Virus record (IMG/VR): IMGVR_UViG_3300031760_000026
Length of the DNA stretch: 64,000 bases
DNA from: a virus
Taxonomy: Duplodnaviria > Heunggongvirae > Uroviricota > Caudoviricetes
Reading direction: 5' to 3' (one strand)
The notes below the pieces were generated by a model. The model was not told the DNA's origin. It did no database searches and worked only from the letters and a program-made list of their open reading frames with translations. The translations under genes were made by a program, and so were the position numbers. Numbering within the stretch: position 1 is the first letter of the stretch; the number at the start of each line of letters is the position of its first letter. Of this stretch, positions 18,733 to 27,043 are shown one piece after another.

Positions 18733-19370
18733 TATTTTGCTCCTTTCTTATACCTTCTGCCTTTAATTTCTCGTGTCCTCATAATCATGTTGCGATAGGT
18801 ATTATACGTTTTGAATCGTCTATGCTTGCCAGTGCATACGACGATACAATCTTCATCCGCAGCCAATTCATAGCTGTTAGCCGAGCAGATGATGTAAATA
18901 TCATTTTCCTTGTTCTCGAAGTCTTTGATGATTACTTTAAACAGACTTTCTTTAAGTTCAATAATGTTGTCGATCGAGAATCCAGAATCAACTCCATCGA
19001 GCAATACAAAAATATCCTTCCCGGGATTTTTTCTGATAAATTCACCAATTTGATAGGCAAGGCTCTCAAGCCTGACCATGATTTGCTCGCCTTCAGAACA
19101 GCTTACCCATGAAAAGAATTCCCTGGCATCAGCATCGCCTTGAATAAGCCTATTATCTCGTTCCAGTCTTTCACGATCGTATTGGAAAAATATAACAGGT
19201 TCCCCGACTCCATCTAGCTTCTTTCGGATCTGCTTTAAAAGGGTTGTTTTGCCAGATCCATTGCAGCCAATAAGCACAGTAAGCCCTGTCTCGAATACAA
19301 ACTTTCCAGTCTTATATAAGTAGACTCCGTGCTCATAAATATCACGGTCAACCCTCATTCTAATGCTCAT
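18732..19370 (-). CDS. P-loop ATPase (ABC/AAA_21-like)
   Basis: Walker A LIGCNGSGKTTLL and Walker-B-like IFVLLDGVDSG. Confidence 0.5.
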   Translation of the reverse strand: MSIRMRVDRDIYEHGVYLYKTGKFVFETGLTVLIGCNGSGKTTLLKQIRKKLDGVGEPVIFFQYDRERLERDNRLIQGDADAREFFSWVSCSEGEQIMVRLESLAYQIGEFIRKNPGKDIFVLLDGVDSGFSIDNIIELKESLFKVIIKDFENKENDIYIICSANSYELAADEDCIVVCTGKHRRFKTYNTYRNMIMRTREIKGRRYKKGAK

Positions 19371-19560
19371 ACGCCTTCACCGCCTCGAGAATATACTCTG
19401 CGATCTCCATCTGCCTTTTCTTTTTCTCCATAGTGATCTTTCCGCCATGCGAATTTTCATAGTTGAACTTCATCATCTTGAATCGGGTCTCTGCACTTTC
19501 AATTGCTCGCTCACGAATAGTCAGATTTTCATCAAGTTCGTTCATTCTTATCCTCCTCAA
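19360..19560 (-). CDS. hypothetical small protein
   Basis: 66-aa ORF. Confidence 0.3.
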   Translation of the reverse strand: MRRIRMNELDENLTIRERAIESAETRFKMMKFNYENSHGGKITMEKKKRQMEIAEYILEAVKAYEH

Positions 19561-19765
19561 TTACTTGGAAGTGGTCCACACCAAAAGGATACTTGTTTCT
19601 AAATATCACAACTGCTTCAGGCACTTGCTCAAGATGTTCGTCCATTCCATAGCCTCTAGTTTCGCTTTCTACTTTCACGAGTACATCGTATTCAGGTACA
19701 CCATAAGTTTCAGCAATGAGTTTCTGAATATCTTTTTCATTGAGAGTTACTACACAATGCATCAT
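19532..19765 (-). CDS. hypothetical small protein
   Basis: 77-aa ORF. Confidence 0.3.
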   Translation of the reverse strand: MMHCVVTLNEKDIQKLIAETYGVPEYDVLVKVESETRGYGMDEHLEQVPEAVVIFRNKYPFGVDHFQVIEEDKNERT

Positions 19766-20367
19766 TCACCCTCCTTCCGAGTAAACCATCCGCACTTAAA
19801 ATATTGGTATGTATTGACGTCAAAATTCTGGACGTCGTAATCAGGAATTACTTTTCTGCCACAATATAATCTGATAGAAAGCGGATCTTCGGTGATGGTG
19901 CGTTTAAGTTCAAAATACTCATCTTTTGGAAATCTATAACCCGTCATCTGCATCCAAGTCGATCCATATGGCATAATTCCTATAAACCTCTCAGGATGCT
20001 GATTCGTGGCTCCAAATATAATAGGGCCATCACCGTATTTGACTTCTTTACCGCCTTCTTTAAGATATGCGACATAGTCAAAATCATGAATAATATGGAT
20101 CTTACGTATTGTTTCATTATTCTTAGCGTTAAATGCAAATCTATCCGCAGAATAAATAATATCGCTTGGGATGATGAGCGCGATCAAATCTAATAAAGTA
20201 GACTTCCCAGTTCCTGGTCCGCCAGAAAATATCAAATTAGTTGGTATTTCTTCTAACTTTCCTACAGCTGCAAGTCCAATAATCTCTTCAAGTCTTTCTG
20301 CCTGAGGATACCAAAGAACACAATCTACTAAGCTGTTCCAAGCCAAAACAGAATCTGAGTAAGCCAT
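19762..20367 (-). CDS. P-loop NTPase with SF3-helicase-like core
   Basis: Walker A FSGGPGTGKST and motif-C-like IIFGATNQ. Confidence 0.45.
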   Translation of the reverse strand: MAYSDSVLAWNSLVDCVLWYPQAERLEEIIGLAAVGKLEEIPTNLIFSGGPGTGKSTLLDLIALIIPSDIIYSADRFAFNAKNNETIRKIHIIHDFDYVAYLKEGGKEVKYGDGPIIFGATNQHPERFIGIMPYGSTWMQMTGYRFPKDEYFELKRTITEDPLSIRLYCGRKVIPDYDVQNFDVNTYQYFKCGWFTRKEGE

Positions 20368-20430
20368 TTTTCTCCTTTCAAAAATAAAGAAGGGTGTAAA
20401 AAGTACTCCACACCCTTCTTTGCATTTGCC

Positions 20431-21864
20431 TTACCAGCAATACTCCTCGATCCTCTTCTCCAGGTTTCCTTCTCCCTGCTCAGCAAGAAGGATGAAGTCA
20501 AAGATCTTCTCAGACCAGCCGGCAATAATGTTGGTATGCTTGCCATGGAACTGCTGAGTGCCATAACCATGCAAATCAATGGCGTGGACCCAAATATCAT
20601 TGTCAGTCATCCGGCGATACTGATCAGCATAGGACTGAATTGTGGACTTTCCGCACCATCCGCCATTGCACTCATTATCTGAGAGAATGATGATGCGGTC
20701 GGCTTTGATCTTGCCATCGATCATAGCCTGAAACGGAAGCCTCATGTCAGTGCCGCCAGAAGGATGAGCATAGCGGATAGTGTTCTCAATGAGTCCACCA
20801 CGTCTGGAGATATCCATTCTCTTAATGGAATGATTGAACGTATACACGATGGAGTCATCGCAGATACGGTTGGCAATCAGACCAAGAAGAACGGAAATAT
20901 CGCAGCACTTAACATCGGACTTAGAGCTGATGCATGAGCTCATCGAGCCAGAAGTATCCATGGCAATGATAGTTCTACCTGGAATCTTCGGAAGATTCTC
21001 AACAGAAATATCAATGGCGTCCTCAAGAGTGTCGAAGACCTTGCTGCTGGCGATTCCATTAAGGCTTCTATAAGCATTGAGGAAACGGAAGGGGAGCTGC
21101 TTGGATTTCCGAACTGCCTCAGGATTCCGAATATAATTAAGCGCCTCATCCAGATTGTCCGGACCGGCATTAATAGTATTTCTCAGATTCCGAAGCATAG
21201 CCATGTAGCCAACTTTATGGCTGGCGATGAGTTCCTCCCAGACTTCCTTTGTATTGCCTTTAGTGGACAGCTCAGTTTCCCAGGTGTAAGGAGTCTCGAG
21301 AGTTCCTTCAAGGCAGTGCTTCCAAAGAGCTTCCTGCTCCTTATTTACTGGCTTAGGTCTGCAGAGGCAAAGCAGGTCTCTCATCTTTACTTCCTTACCA
21401 GAGCCCTTGTATTTGGCAAGAGAGTACTCGTCGAGAGTCTGCATGACTTCGCCAATGCCCTTCTTCAGAGAGTTCGGAATAGGCTTGCCAAACTCCGAAA
21501 TATAAAAAGCCATAATCTCAGTCAGGTCATCGCCTCTGAGACATACGCCTTTTACAGTGGAGCGGACAAAGGGCTTACCCTCAACCTCATGTGCCAAATA
21601 TCCCGTAAGGACATGAGACACAGAGCGCATGTTGAACTCTCGTCTTGCAAAGACTGCAAGATTGGAGACAAACTGCGGGTCCTCCTTAATGACCTTAGGA
21701 ATGAGCTCCTTCATTTCCTTGGAGTTGTCTCCATAGAACTTCTTCTCGTTGAAGAAGCTCGTGAGGACCTGAGTAACAAGCTTGGACTTATTACTCATCT
21801 TGTACGCTACATGGCCCTCGTGGTTAGTGGTCTTAATGCTCGGGGAAGAATTGAATTTTGCCAT
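20431..21864 (-). CDS. rsr: Ro60-like protein (TROVE domain + vWA/MIDAS), bacterial Rsr homolog
   Basis: The N-terminus is NHEGHVAYKMSNKSKLVTQVL...FYGD (TROVE-type start). A C-terminal vWA domain carries the MIDAS motif IIAMDTSGSMSS. The start is refined to ATG at 21864 (MAKFNSS) with a GGAGG RBS; the track's 55-aa N-terminal extension runs through an ncRNA. Confidence 0.75.
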   Translation of the reverse strand: MAKFNSSPSIKTTNHEGHVAYKMSNKSKLVTQVLTSFFNEKKFYGDNSKEMKELIPKVIKEDPQFVSNLAVFARREFNMRSVSHVLTGYLAHEVEGKPFVRSTVKGVCLRGDDLTEIMAFYISEFGKPIPNSLKKGIGEVMQTLDEYSLAKYKGSGKEVKMRDLLCLCRPKPVNKEQEALWKHCLEGTLETPYTWETELSTKGNTKEVWEELIASHKVGYMAMLRNLRNTINAGPDNLDEALNYIRNPEAVRKSKQLPFRFLNAYRSLNGIASSKVFDTLEDAIDISVENLPKIPGRTIIAMDTSGSMSSCISSKSDVKCCDISVLLGLIANRICDDSIVYTFNHSIKRMDISRRGGLIENTIRYAHPSGGTDMRLPFQAMIDGKIKADRIIILSDNECNGGWCGKSTIQSYADQYRRMTDNDIWVHAIDLHGYGTQQFHGKHTNIIAGWSEKIFDFILLAEQGEGNLEKRIEEYCW

Positions 21865-21914
21865 TTTCAAGCACCTCCGAAAATATAAATGTTTTAGTGA
21901 ATGCAGAGAAAATT

Positions 21915-22016
21915 GGTTACGGACTATAAAGCTCTTTGATCTACCAACTGATCTACTACTCACGTTGAGTAGATTGGATTTGAACCAATGACACAAAAGG
22001 TGAAGTAACCGTAACC
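21915..22016 (-). ncRNA. Y-RNA-like (YrlA-like) ncRNA A: tRNA-like module with permuted order (T-arm, loop-closed acceptor stem, D-arm) enclosed by a terminal stem
   Basis: The minus-strand RNA reads GGTTACGG...ATTGG-TTCAAAT-CCAAT, then CTACTCA-ACG-TGAGTAG, then TA-GATC-AGTTGGTA-GATC...CCGTAACC. The ends pair over 8 bp (GGTTACGG/CCGTAACC). It lies immediately upstream of rsr. Confidence 0.55.
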
Positions 22017-22235
22017 TACACTGCTGCATAAATATAATTGCCTAGCGTTTCAAGCCCTTTTTAGCGGTGTCTCTGTTTCCGCAATCACGCATTGTCCAAT
22101 AGGGCTATGGGCTATAGGACTCACTCTATGTCGCCGACAGCATTTCAGCTTCCGCACGCATAGAGGATGGTCGATATTTTTATTCCGCATCATCCACTCT
22201 GCGGTAAATATGAATTGCGAGAGCGGAGAAAAGAA

Positions 22236-22340
22236 TTCACAGCTTGTGTTTACCAACTCACAGACAGTCCAATGGACCGCTATAGGATTTGAACCTATGC
22301 ACTTTTTCATATCGAAGTAACTGTGAATATCACTTCCGCT
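22236..22340 (-). ncRNA. Y-RNA-like ncRNA B (permuted tRNA-like module plus GAAGU...ACUUC hairpin)
   Basis: Minus-strand RNA has hairpin GGAAGTG-ATATTCACAGTT-ACTTC, T-arm ATAGG-TTCAAAT-CCTAT, a 7-bp acceptor-like stem GCGGTCC/GGACTGT closed by the loop ATT, and D-arm TGTG-AGTTGGTAAA-CACA. TTCACAG/CTGTGAA is a candidate closing stem. Confidence 0.5.
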
Positions 22341-22347
22341 TGCTCTG

Positions 22348-22779
22348 CTAAAGATTCTGATTATTGTAGTCTAGAATATATCTATGAACTATTGATTTAA
22401 GTTCTTCAAACATTGCCTTATATTTATTTGGATCACAACCAATAAATGAAGTTCTCATGGCGATCCATGTTCCTTTATGGGCTTTAGAAATTTTTGGTTC
22501 ATAATTTCCAAGAGAAATATCACAAATGGTATACAAGGCATTAGTAACTTTCCAGTTTAATTCAGAAGCGATCTCTGGATAATGAGTAGGATCATCTTCT
22601 GACCATTCGTAATTACTTTTTGCGTAGCAGTCATCTTTGAATCTAGAAGCAAGAATAGTTGTTAAATTAGAATTAAGACTGCTTTTGTACAATGCTTCAT
22701 TTTCTTTTTTCTTTTTAATCTTTGCGATTTTCTTTTCAAGCTCTATAAGTTCTTTGTAACTCAAGTTTTCTAGATTCAT
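22348..22779 (-). CDS. hypothetical protein
   Basis: The start is refined to MNLENLS (ATG ~22779), preceded by CAATTATATTTTGAAAGGAGTCTT. The track's longer N-terminus overlaps ncRNA C. Confidence 0.4.
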   Translation of the reverse strand: MNLENLSYKELIELEKKIAKIKKKKENEALYKSSLNSNLTTILASRFKDDCYAKSNYEWSEDDPTHYPEIASELNWKVTNALYTICDISLGNYEPKISKAHKGTWIAMRTSFIGCDPNKYKAMFEELKSIVHRYILDYNNQNL

Positions 22780-22814
22780 AAAGACTCCTTTCAAAATATA
22801 ATTGCCGAGAAAAG

Positions 22815-22930
22815 CCATCACAGTATTTTTAGCGCTCTACCAGACTGAGCTACACCCTAATTCGGATGGCAGGATTCGAACCTACAACCTCTCGCTTAGC
22901 AGGCGAAGTAACTGCAATGTACACTTCGGC
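22815..22930 (-). ncRNA. Y-RNA-like ncRNA C (permuted tRNA-like module plus 5' hairpin)
   Basis: Minus-strand RNA has hairpin CGAAGT-GTACATTGCAGTT-ACTTCG, T-arm GTAGG-TTCGAAT-CCTGC, acceptor-like stem CATCC-GAATTA-GGGTG, and 8-9 TA with canonical D-arm GCTC-AGTCTGGTA-GAGC. No anticodon arm follows before the downstream CDS start. Confidence 0.55.
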
Positions 22931-23065
22931 ATAAAATATAAAACAAAGAGCAAGACCCTAAACATGATAAAGATTAAAACGGTTTGAGTAGGAGGTTAGA
23001 AAGGAGATCAAAAAATGGAAACCAATAATAGAAGGTCAATAAAAATCATTTTTGAAGTAACCGTC

Positions 23066-23095
23066 TTCTACAATGCATGCTTAGAGCCTTGCCAA
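23066..23095 (-). ncRNA. isolated copy of the GAAG-ACGGUUA-CUUC hairpin motif (no tRNA-like module)
   Basis: A sixth occurrence of the GAAGTAAC motif. It may belong to the 3' extension of ncRNA D or be a remnant. Confidence 0.25.
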
Positions 23096-23129
23096 ACGCG
23101 GAGAAATATCATTACGGGCAAATTCTTAT

Positions 23130-23261
23130 TACTGCTCTACCGACTGAGCTACTACTCTCGGCTTACTTACACTTTTCAGCTTCCACGAGTAGATCGGATT
23201 TGAACCGATGACAAATAATCCTATATGAAGTAACCGTAATGTGCACTTCCGCATAAATATC
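23130..23261 (-). ncRNA. Y-RNA-like ncRNA D (permuted tRNA-like module with a 25-nt insertion in the acceptor loop)
   Basis: Minus-strand RNA: CATTACGG ... ATCGG-TTCAAAT-CCGAT, CTACTCG, insert TGGAAGCTGAAAAGTGTAAGTAAGC, CGAGAGTAG, TA, D-arm GCTC-AGTCGGTA-GAGC ... CCGTAATG. The terminal 8-bp stem is CATTACGG/CCGTAATG. Confidence 0.55.
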
Positions 23262-23263
23262 AT

Positions 23264-23491
23264 TTAAGGCATACTAAAATGGAGACTACGAAGACCATTT
23301 TCATTATAGACAAAGTGCCCAGTCTCCATCCGACGCTTAGCCTCGACAGGATTCCAACCGCAATGCTTACAATTTACCTCACAGTCCACGGCAGGCCATT
23401 CCATGATCTCATTGCCACGACGATCCTGACTCTTAGTCCCACAAGGAGCATTCATGAGAGCTTTCGAACGATTATTATTGAGTTCAGACAT
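23264..23491 (-). CDS. small Cys-rich (zinc-ribbon-like) protein
   Basis: 75 aa with CGTK ... CEVNCKHCGW, consistent with a treble-clef or zinc-ribbon fold. Confidence 0.35.
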   Translation of the reverse strand: MSELNNNRSKALMNAPCGTKSQDRRGNEIMEWPAVDCEVNCKHCGWNPVEAKRRMETGHFVYNENGLRSLHFSMP

Positions 23492-23886
23492 TAATGCTTA
23501 CCTCCAGTCATGTACTTCTTTTTCAGCATTGGAATCCCAAGTTCAATTCTTGCTCGATCTTCATCGAGATGGAATCCAACATAGTCGACAAGTACCAGCA
23601 GGAACATCATGATTCTAACAAGTTCTTCCCGACTTGCACCTTTCATGGCCGCAAGTCTAAAAAGCTGCTCTGGGCCGTATGTATTAAATTTTCTAGTAAT
23701 ATCATACTTCTGATGCCATGCTTCATCAGTCATAGCATACCGAGTTCTATAATCCCAAGTCTTGAGTTCGGGCCAAATATCATTTCCTTCCTCAAGGAAA
23801 CTATGCATGAGATCTCTAGTAGCCTTCTCATGCAGCTTTCTCATTTCCTCGGGGGTAATAGTCTTAGCAGTCTTTTCGTTAGCCAT
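23491..23886 (-). CDS. hypothetical protein
   Basis: 131 aa. Start overlaps the upstream stop (ATGA coupling). Confidence 0.4.
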   Translation of the reverse strand: MANEKTAKTITPEEMRKLHEKATRDLMHSFLEEGNDIWPELKTWDYRTRYAMTDEAWHQKYDITRKFNTYGPEQLFRLAAMKGASREELVRIMMFLLVLVDYVGFHLDEDRARIELGIPMLKKKYMTGGKH

Positions 23887-23919
23887 TTGCCAATTTCTCC
23901 TTTTCTTATTTAAATATAA

Positions 23920-24375
23920 TCATGCCAAGCCGAGCCAGTCGACTACGGTGGCAGGATCTGCTTCAAGCCAGTCCCAGGTTTTAGTCTTTCTATCGAACAT
24001 CTCCCCATAGACTGCATGGTAACGATTGTCCGAATCAAAATATCCAACCTGGATCGCATGAATTGGTTTTGTCGCTTTATCAGAGGTTCTCCGATTTGCC
24101 CAAGGAGCATCAACGGAGAAACACTGAATATAATGAGGGTCTGGATTCTTTTTCAGATTAGAAAACCAGTTCCAATGGTCACTGAATCTGAAGGACTTAG
24201 CTGGCTTCCCAAAATAGCTGAGATCTTCAATACTGCCTTTGGGAATCAAATAGCTGGAAATATCAGCATTACAGGACGCAACCACCTCATAGTTTTTGGA
24301 AAGGACATCTTTTAAATTATCAAAGAATTCAATGCACTTCTTCACTTTTTCCTCGTTGGTCAAATGATTCATCAT
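23920..24375 (-). CDS. hypothetical protein
   Basis: The start is refined to MMNHLTNEEK (ATG 24375), preceded by TTTATTTTTGAAAGGAGATTTTATC. Confidence 0.4.
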   Translation of the reverse strand: MMNHLTNEEKVKKCIEFFDNLKDVLSKNYEVVASCNADISSYLIPKGSIEDLSYFGKPAKSFRFSDHWNWFSNLKKNPDPHYIQCFSVDAPWANRRTSDKATKPIHAIQVGYFDSDNRYHAVYGEMFDRKTKTWDWLEADPATVVDWLGLA

Positions 24376-24424
24376 GATAAAATCTCCTTTCAAAAATAAA
24401 AAGAGACCAGACGTAATAAATATC

Positions 24425-24590
24425 GAAATCAGCTCATCATGCCCAATACGAAGTATCTGATTTCTGCAATATACGTCTAGTCTCCTAAAAGTAAGAGGCG
24501 GAGAATATCGAAAATGGTCTAGTTTCTTTTAACAATTACAAGCAAGTTAATATCGAAGTAACCATCTTCTTCACTTCCGCCTCACTATAG
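24425..24590 (-). ncRNA. structured intergenic RNA candidate carrying the GAAGUAAC...ACUUCC hairpin (degenerate relative of ncRNAs A-D)
   Basis: Hairpin CGAAGTAACCATCTTCTTCACTTCCG, long-range complementarity GGCGGAG (24496) with CTTCCGCC (24574), and an 8-bp hairpin GAAATCAG...CTGATTTC at 24430-24468. No clear T-loop and no ORF. Confidence 0.3.
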
Positions 24591-24610
24591 GGGCTGTAAT
24601 TTTTGCGAAT

Positions 24611-25036
24611 TTATTTATCCTTTTTCTTAAACACATCCATCAACTTCAAGTCTGCCATGATCTGTTCTTCATTAAGCCAATTATTAGCTTGCATGAAAGC
24701 CACCATAGAATTAGGTTTGTTAGCTACTTCATGATCTTCGCACCAGTCTAAATATAATTCCTCGATCTGCATTCTTTGAGTAAAGAGAACCATACTCGGA
24801 CCAGAGTAAAATCCGACATCTTCTGGAAACTTACCATCATAGAGGCCGAAGACAATATGCTCTGCGAGTGCTAAAATATCAGACTTAGAGAAGCAGCAGT
24901 TATCGAGCTTCGTTTGATTAAGCGCCGAATCAAGAACCTCCTCCATATTGTCCTGCTGCTTCATGGCTCGGATTGTGTCATCCAAAAGTTCTTCGATAGA
25001 CTCATACTCGATATCAGTCATGCCTACTTCCCTCAC
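24611..25036 (-). CDS. hypothetical protein
   Basis: 141-aa acidic ORF. Confidence 0.4.
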   Translation of the reverse strand: MREVGMTDIEYESIEELLDDTIRAMKQQDNMEEVLDSALNQTKLDNCCFSKSDILALAEHIVFGLYDGKFPEDVGFYSGPSMVLFTQRMQIEELYLDWCEDHEVANKPNSMVAFMQANNWLNEEQIMADLKLMDVFKKKDK

Positions 25037-25421
25037 TCATCAAATATGAATAGCCTTTATACTCTTTTGGCCGTTCACCATTTCCTTCATATGCAGAAGT
25101 TATTTCATGTTTTACCTCAAGCCACCACGAACTCCTTTTATCTCTACTTGTGGCATTGGTGTAAGCCGTAAACAATCTAGTTAAGCATTCCGGAGAACAA
25201 ATATGATGTGTTTCACATGAGTCACAAGAATCATTTCCCCAATCGTTATGGCCGGTATATGCCTCATAAAATACGACAGATAAAGAATTTTTTGGAAGTT
25301 CGTCAGATTCTTCTAGCGATTTTTTATAAACTTGCCGTCCACAAATATCACAGGTACAGGTTTCTTTAGCGTCTCTTCGAGCCGTTATTTTAATGATGAG
25401 GCTCTCTATTTCTTTACTCAA
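25014..25421 (-). CDS. Cys-rich zinc-binding protein
   Basis: Contains CTCDICGRQ ... CDSCETHHICSPEC. Overlaps the downstream gene start (coupled). Confidence 0.4.
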   Translation of the reverse strand: MSKEIESLIIKITARRDAKETCTCDICGRQVYKKSLEESDELPKNSLSVVFYEAYTGHNDWGNDSCDSCETHHICSPECLTRLFTAYTNATSRDKRSSWWLEVKHEITSAYEGNGERPKEYKGYSYLMSEGSRHD

Positions 25422-25432
25422 AATATCACTCC

Positions 25433-26434
25433 TTACTTAAGTTCTTCGTCCGTAGAAGCTCCCCCAACGTCTCCAAGGTTAAGCATGTAGTTGCTATCCT
25501 GGCCAAGCACAGTCGTAGGAAGTTTGCCATCCCACTGTTTAATCCAATAGTAGTCAACCAGACCGCCGGTAAGAGACTCGGAGATGCGCTTATTCATCTC
25601 TGCTTCCTTCTCGCCAGCATACAGAGCTGCTTCGGCCTGAACTTTTACAACCTCAAGATCTGCATTAGCAGCAATAATAGCCTTATCTGCATCTGCCTGA
25701 GCTGCAATCACGGCTCGTTCGGCAGCCGCCTGTTCCTCCATAGTCTTTTGAGCCTGCTCTGTTTCGGCAGTAAGCTTATTCTGAGCTGCAACCTGCTTCG
25801 CCTCAACGGCATTGGTGAAAGCATCTGTGAAGTCAATATCCTCGACTGCGAAGCTTACAATTGTGATGCCATAGGAACCAAGGTCATTCCGAGTATTTTC
25901 CGCAATCTGCTCAGAAAGAAGTTCACGCTTAGCAATGAGGTTTTCGGCAGTATACTGGGAGAACACAGCCTTTACATTCTCCTGGATGCGAGGGAACATC
26001 ACGGTTTCATAATAGTTTTCGCCAACAGTTCGATAAAGAGTCTGAGCAGTAGACTGATCGATGCAATAGTTTACGGACATCTTCAGATCTACCTGCTGAA
26101 TATCACTAGAAAACGCAGAAGTAGCGATCTCAACCTTCTGCGTGCGATTGTCCATCTTAATGACTTTCTGCCAAGGAGCAATAAAGTTTGCACCGGCAGA
26201 GATTGTGCGATCCTCTACTCGTCCAAAGGTTGTCAGGATGCCTGTATAACCTGTAGGCACAATTGCTACACAACTTGCAACAAATATAATTACTGCAAGA
26301 ATGATGCAGATGAGCAGGGGAAGAGTATTAAACTTATAAGGCACGTCATGCTCGGACTCGTTGAACTTACCAAATACGATGCCGATAACAATGCCTGCAA
26401 TGATCAAAATAATAGGAATAATAATGCCAGCCAT
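25433..26434 (-). CDS. SPFH (band-7/prohibitin/HflKC-like) domain membrane protein
   Basis: N-terminal TM helices, then an SPFH-like core (VPTGYTGILTTFGRV ... ) and an Ala/Glu/Gln-rich coiled-coil tail typical of stomatin/HflC. Confidence 0.65.
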   Translation of the reverse strand: MAGIIIPIILIIAGIVIGIVFGKFNESEHDVPYKFNTLPLLICIILAVIIFVASCVAIVPTGYTGILTTFGRVEDRTISAGANFIAPWQKVIKMDNRTQKVEIATSAFSSDIQQVDLKMSVNYCIDQSTAQTLYRTVGENYYETVMFPRIQENVKAVFSQYTAENLIAKRELLSEQIAENTRNDLGSYGITIVSFAVEDIDFTDAFTNAVEAKQVAAQNKLTAETEQAQKTMEEQAAAERAVIAAQADADKAIIAANADLEVVKVQAEAALYAGEKEAEMNKRISESLTGGLVDYYWIKQWDGKLPTTVLGQDSNYMLNLGDVGGASTDEELK

Positions 26435-26452
26435 AATTTTTCTCCTTTCAAA

Positions 26453-26995
26453 TTATAAACACCTATAATTTCCGTTAAGCCATTTTTCTTTTATTTGGTT
26501 CACCATTCTGCTTATAATGGTCTGAGATTTCCCGATATGCATAGCTATTTCTTTTTGAGTATAGCCATACATCTTTTCAAATATGATTTGCTTTTCTTTT
26601 TTCGTTAAGCTTTCAAGAAATTCTTTCACTTCTATGCCAGTTGTATTTAGTTGATAAGTTCCAAAAATATCATTTATCCGTTCAATATAGTCTTTTCCAT
26701 CATCTTCATCATTAAGCGGGGTATTGTAGGAAAATATCAATTCTTCTGGAATTTGATTCCCACCGCTAAGATGCCTCCAGTATTGATAGCATTCATTACG
26801 CATAACAAAATAAGTGTATGTGCTGAATGCATACCCTCGATTTGGATCATATGTCTTTGCAGCTTTGCATAATCCAATGGCGAGCAAATCATAGTATTCA
26901 TTAATGTCAAGATTCATCTTATTGGCGTATGAATATATCAAGTTATGGTTGTCGCTCACCAAATCTTGCTGATCTTTTGAAAGTGCTTCATCCAT
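26453..26995 (-). CDS. sigma-70 family RNA polymerase sigma factor (regions 2 and 4 only)
   Basis: Region 2.x-like GYAFSTYTYFVMRNECYQYWR and region-4 HTH GYTQKEIAMHIGKSQTIISRMVNQIKEK. 180 aa. Confidence 0.65.
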   Translation of the reverse strand: MDEALSKDQQDLVSDNHNLIYSYANKMNLDINEYYDLLAIGLCKAAKTYDPNRGYAFSTYTYFVMRNECYQYWRHLSGGNQIPEELIFSYNTPLNDEDDGKDYIERINDIFGTYQLNTTGIEVKEFLESLTKKEKQIIFEKMYGYTQKEIAMHIGKSQTIISRMVNQIKEKWLNGNYRCL

Positions 26996-27043
26996 TATTC
27001 ATCTTTTCGAGTTCATCGATTTCCACTTGAGAAGTATGGAGCA

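Noticed and set aside
21865-22029. N-terminal 55 codons of the track ORF 20431..22029
   Set aside because: The extension reads through ncRNA A. An internal ATG (MAKFNSS) with a GGAGG RBS and the conserved upstream motif gives a TROVE-type N-terminus, so the gene was shortened to 20431..21864.
22050-22310. 86-aa minus-strand ORF in the track
   Set aside because: It lies entirely within the Y-RNA-like ncRNA zone and overlaps tRNA-like element B. Its Cys/Arg-rich, low-complexity translation is typical of reading through structured RNA, and it has no RBS.
21915-23261. Interpreting the T-arm/D-arm elements as ordinary or intron-containing tRNA genes
   Set aside because: The arm order is permuted on the coding strand (T-arm and acceptor-3' come before acceptor-5' and D-arm). 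No anticodon arm follows the D-arm, and element C runs straight into a CDS start. The acceptor-like stem is loop-closed. The Y-RNA-like architecture fits better than tandem, split or intron-bearing tRNAs.
1811-26458. Plus-strand ORFs nested antisense inside long minus-strand genes (for example 1811..2263, 3014..3697, 8093..8662, 12959..13462, 15563..16198, 16093..16701, 21217..21888, 25748..26458)
   Set aside because: These are shadow ORFs opposite well-supported minus-strand genes with recognisable domains. They have no RBS, and their Leu/Ile/Phe/Ser-rich translations are typical of antisense AT-rich coding sequence.
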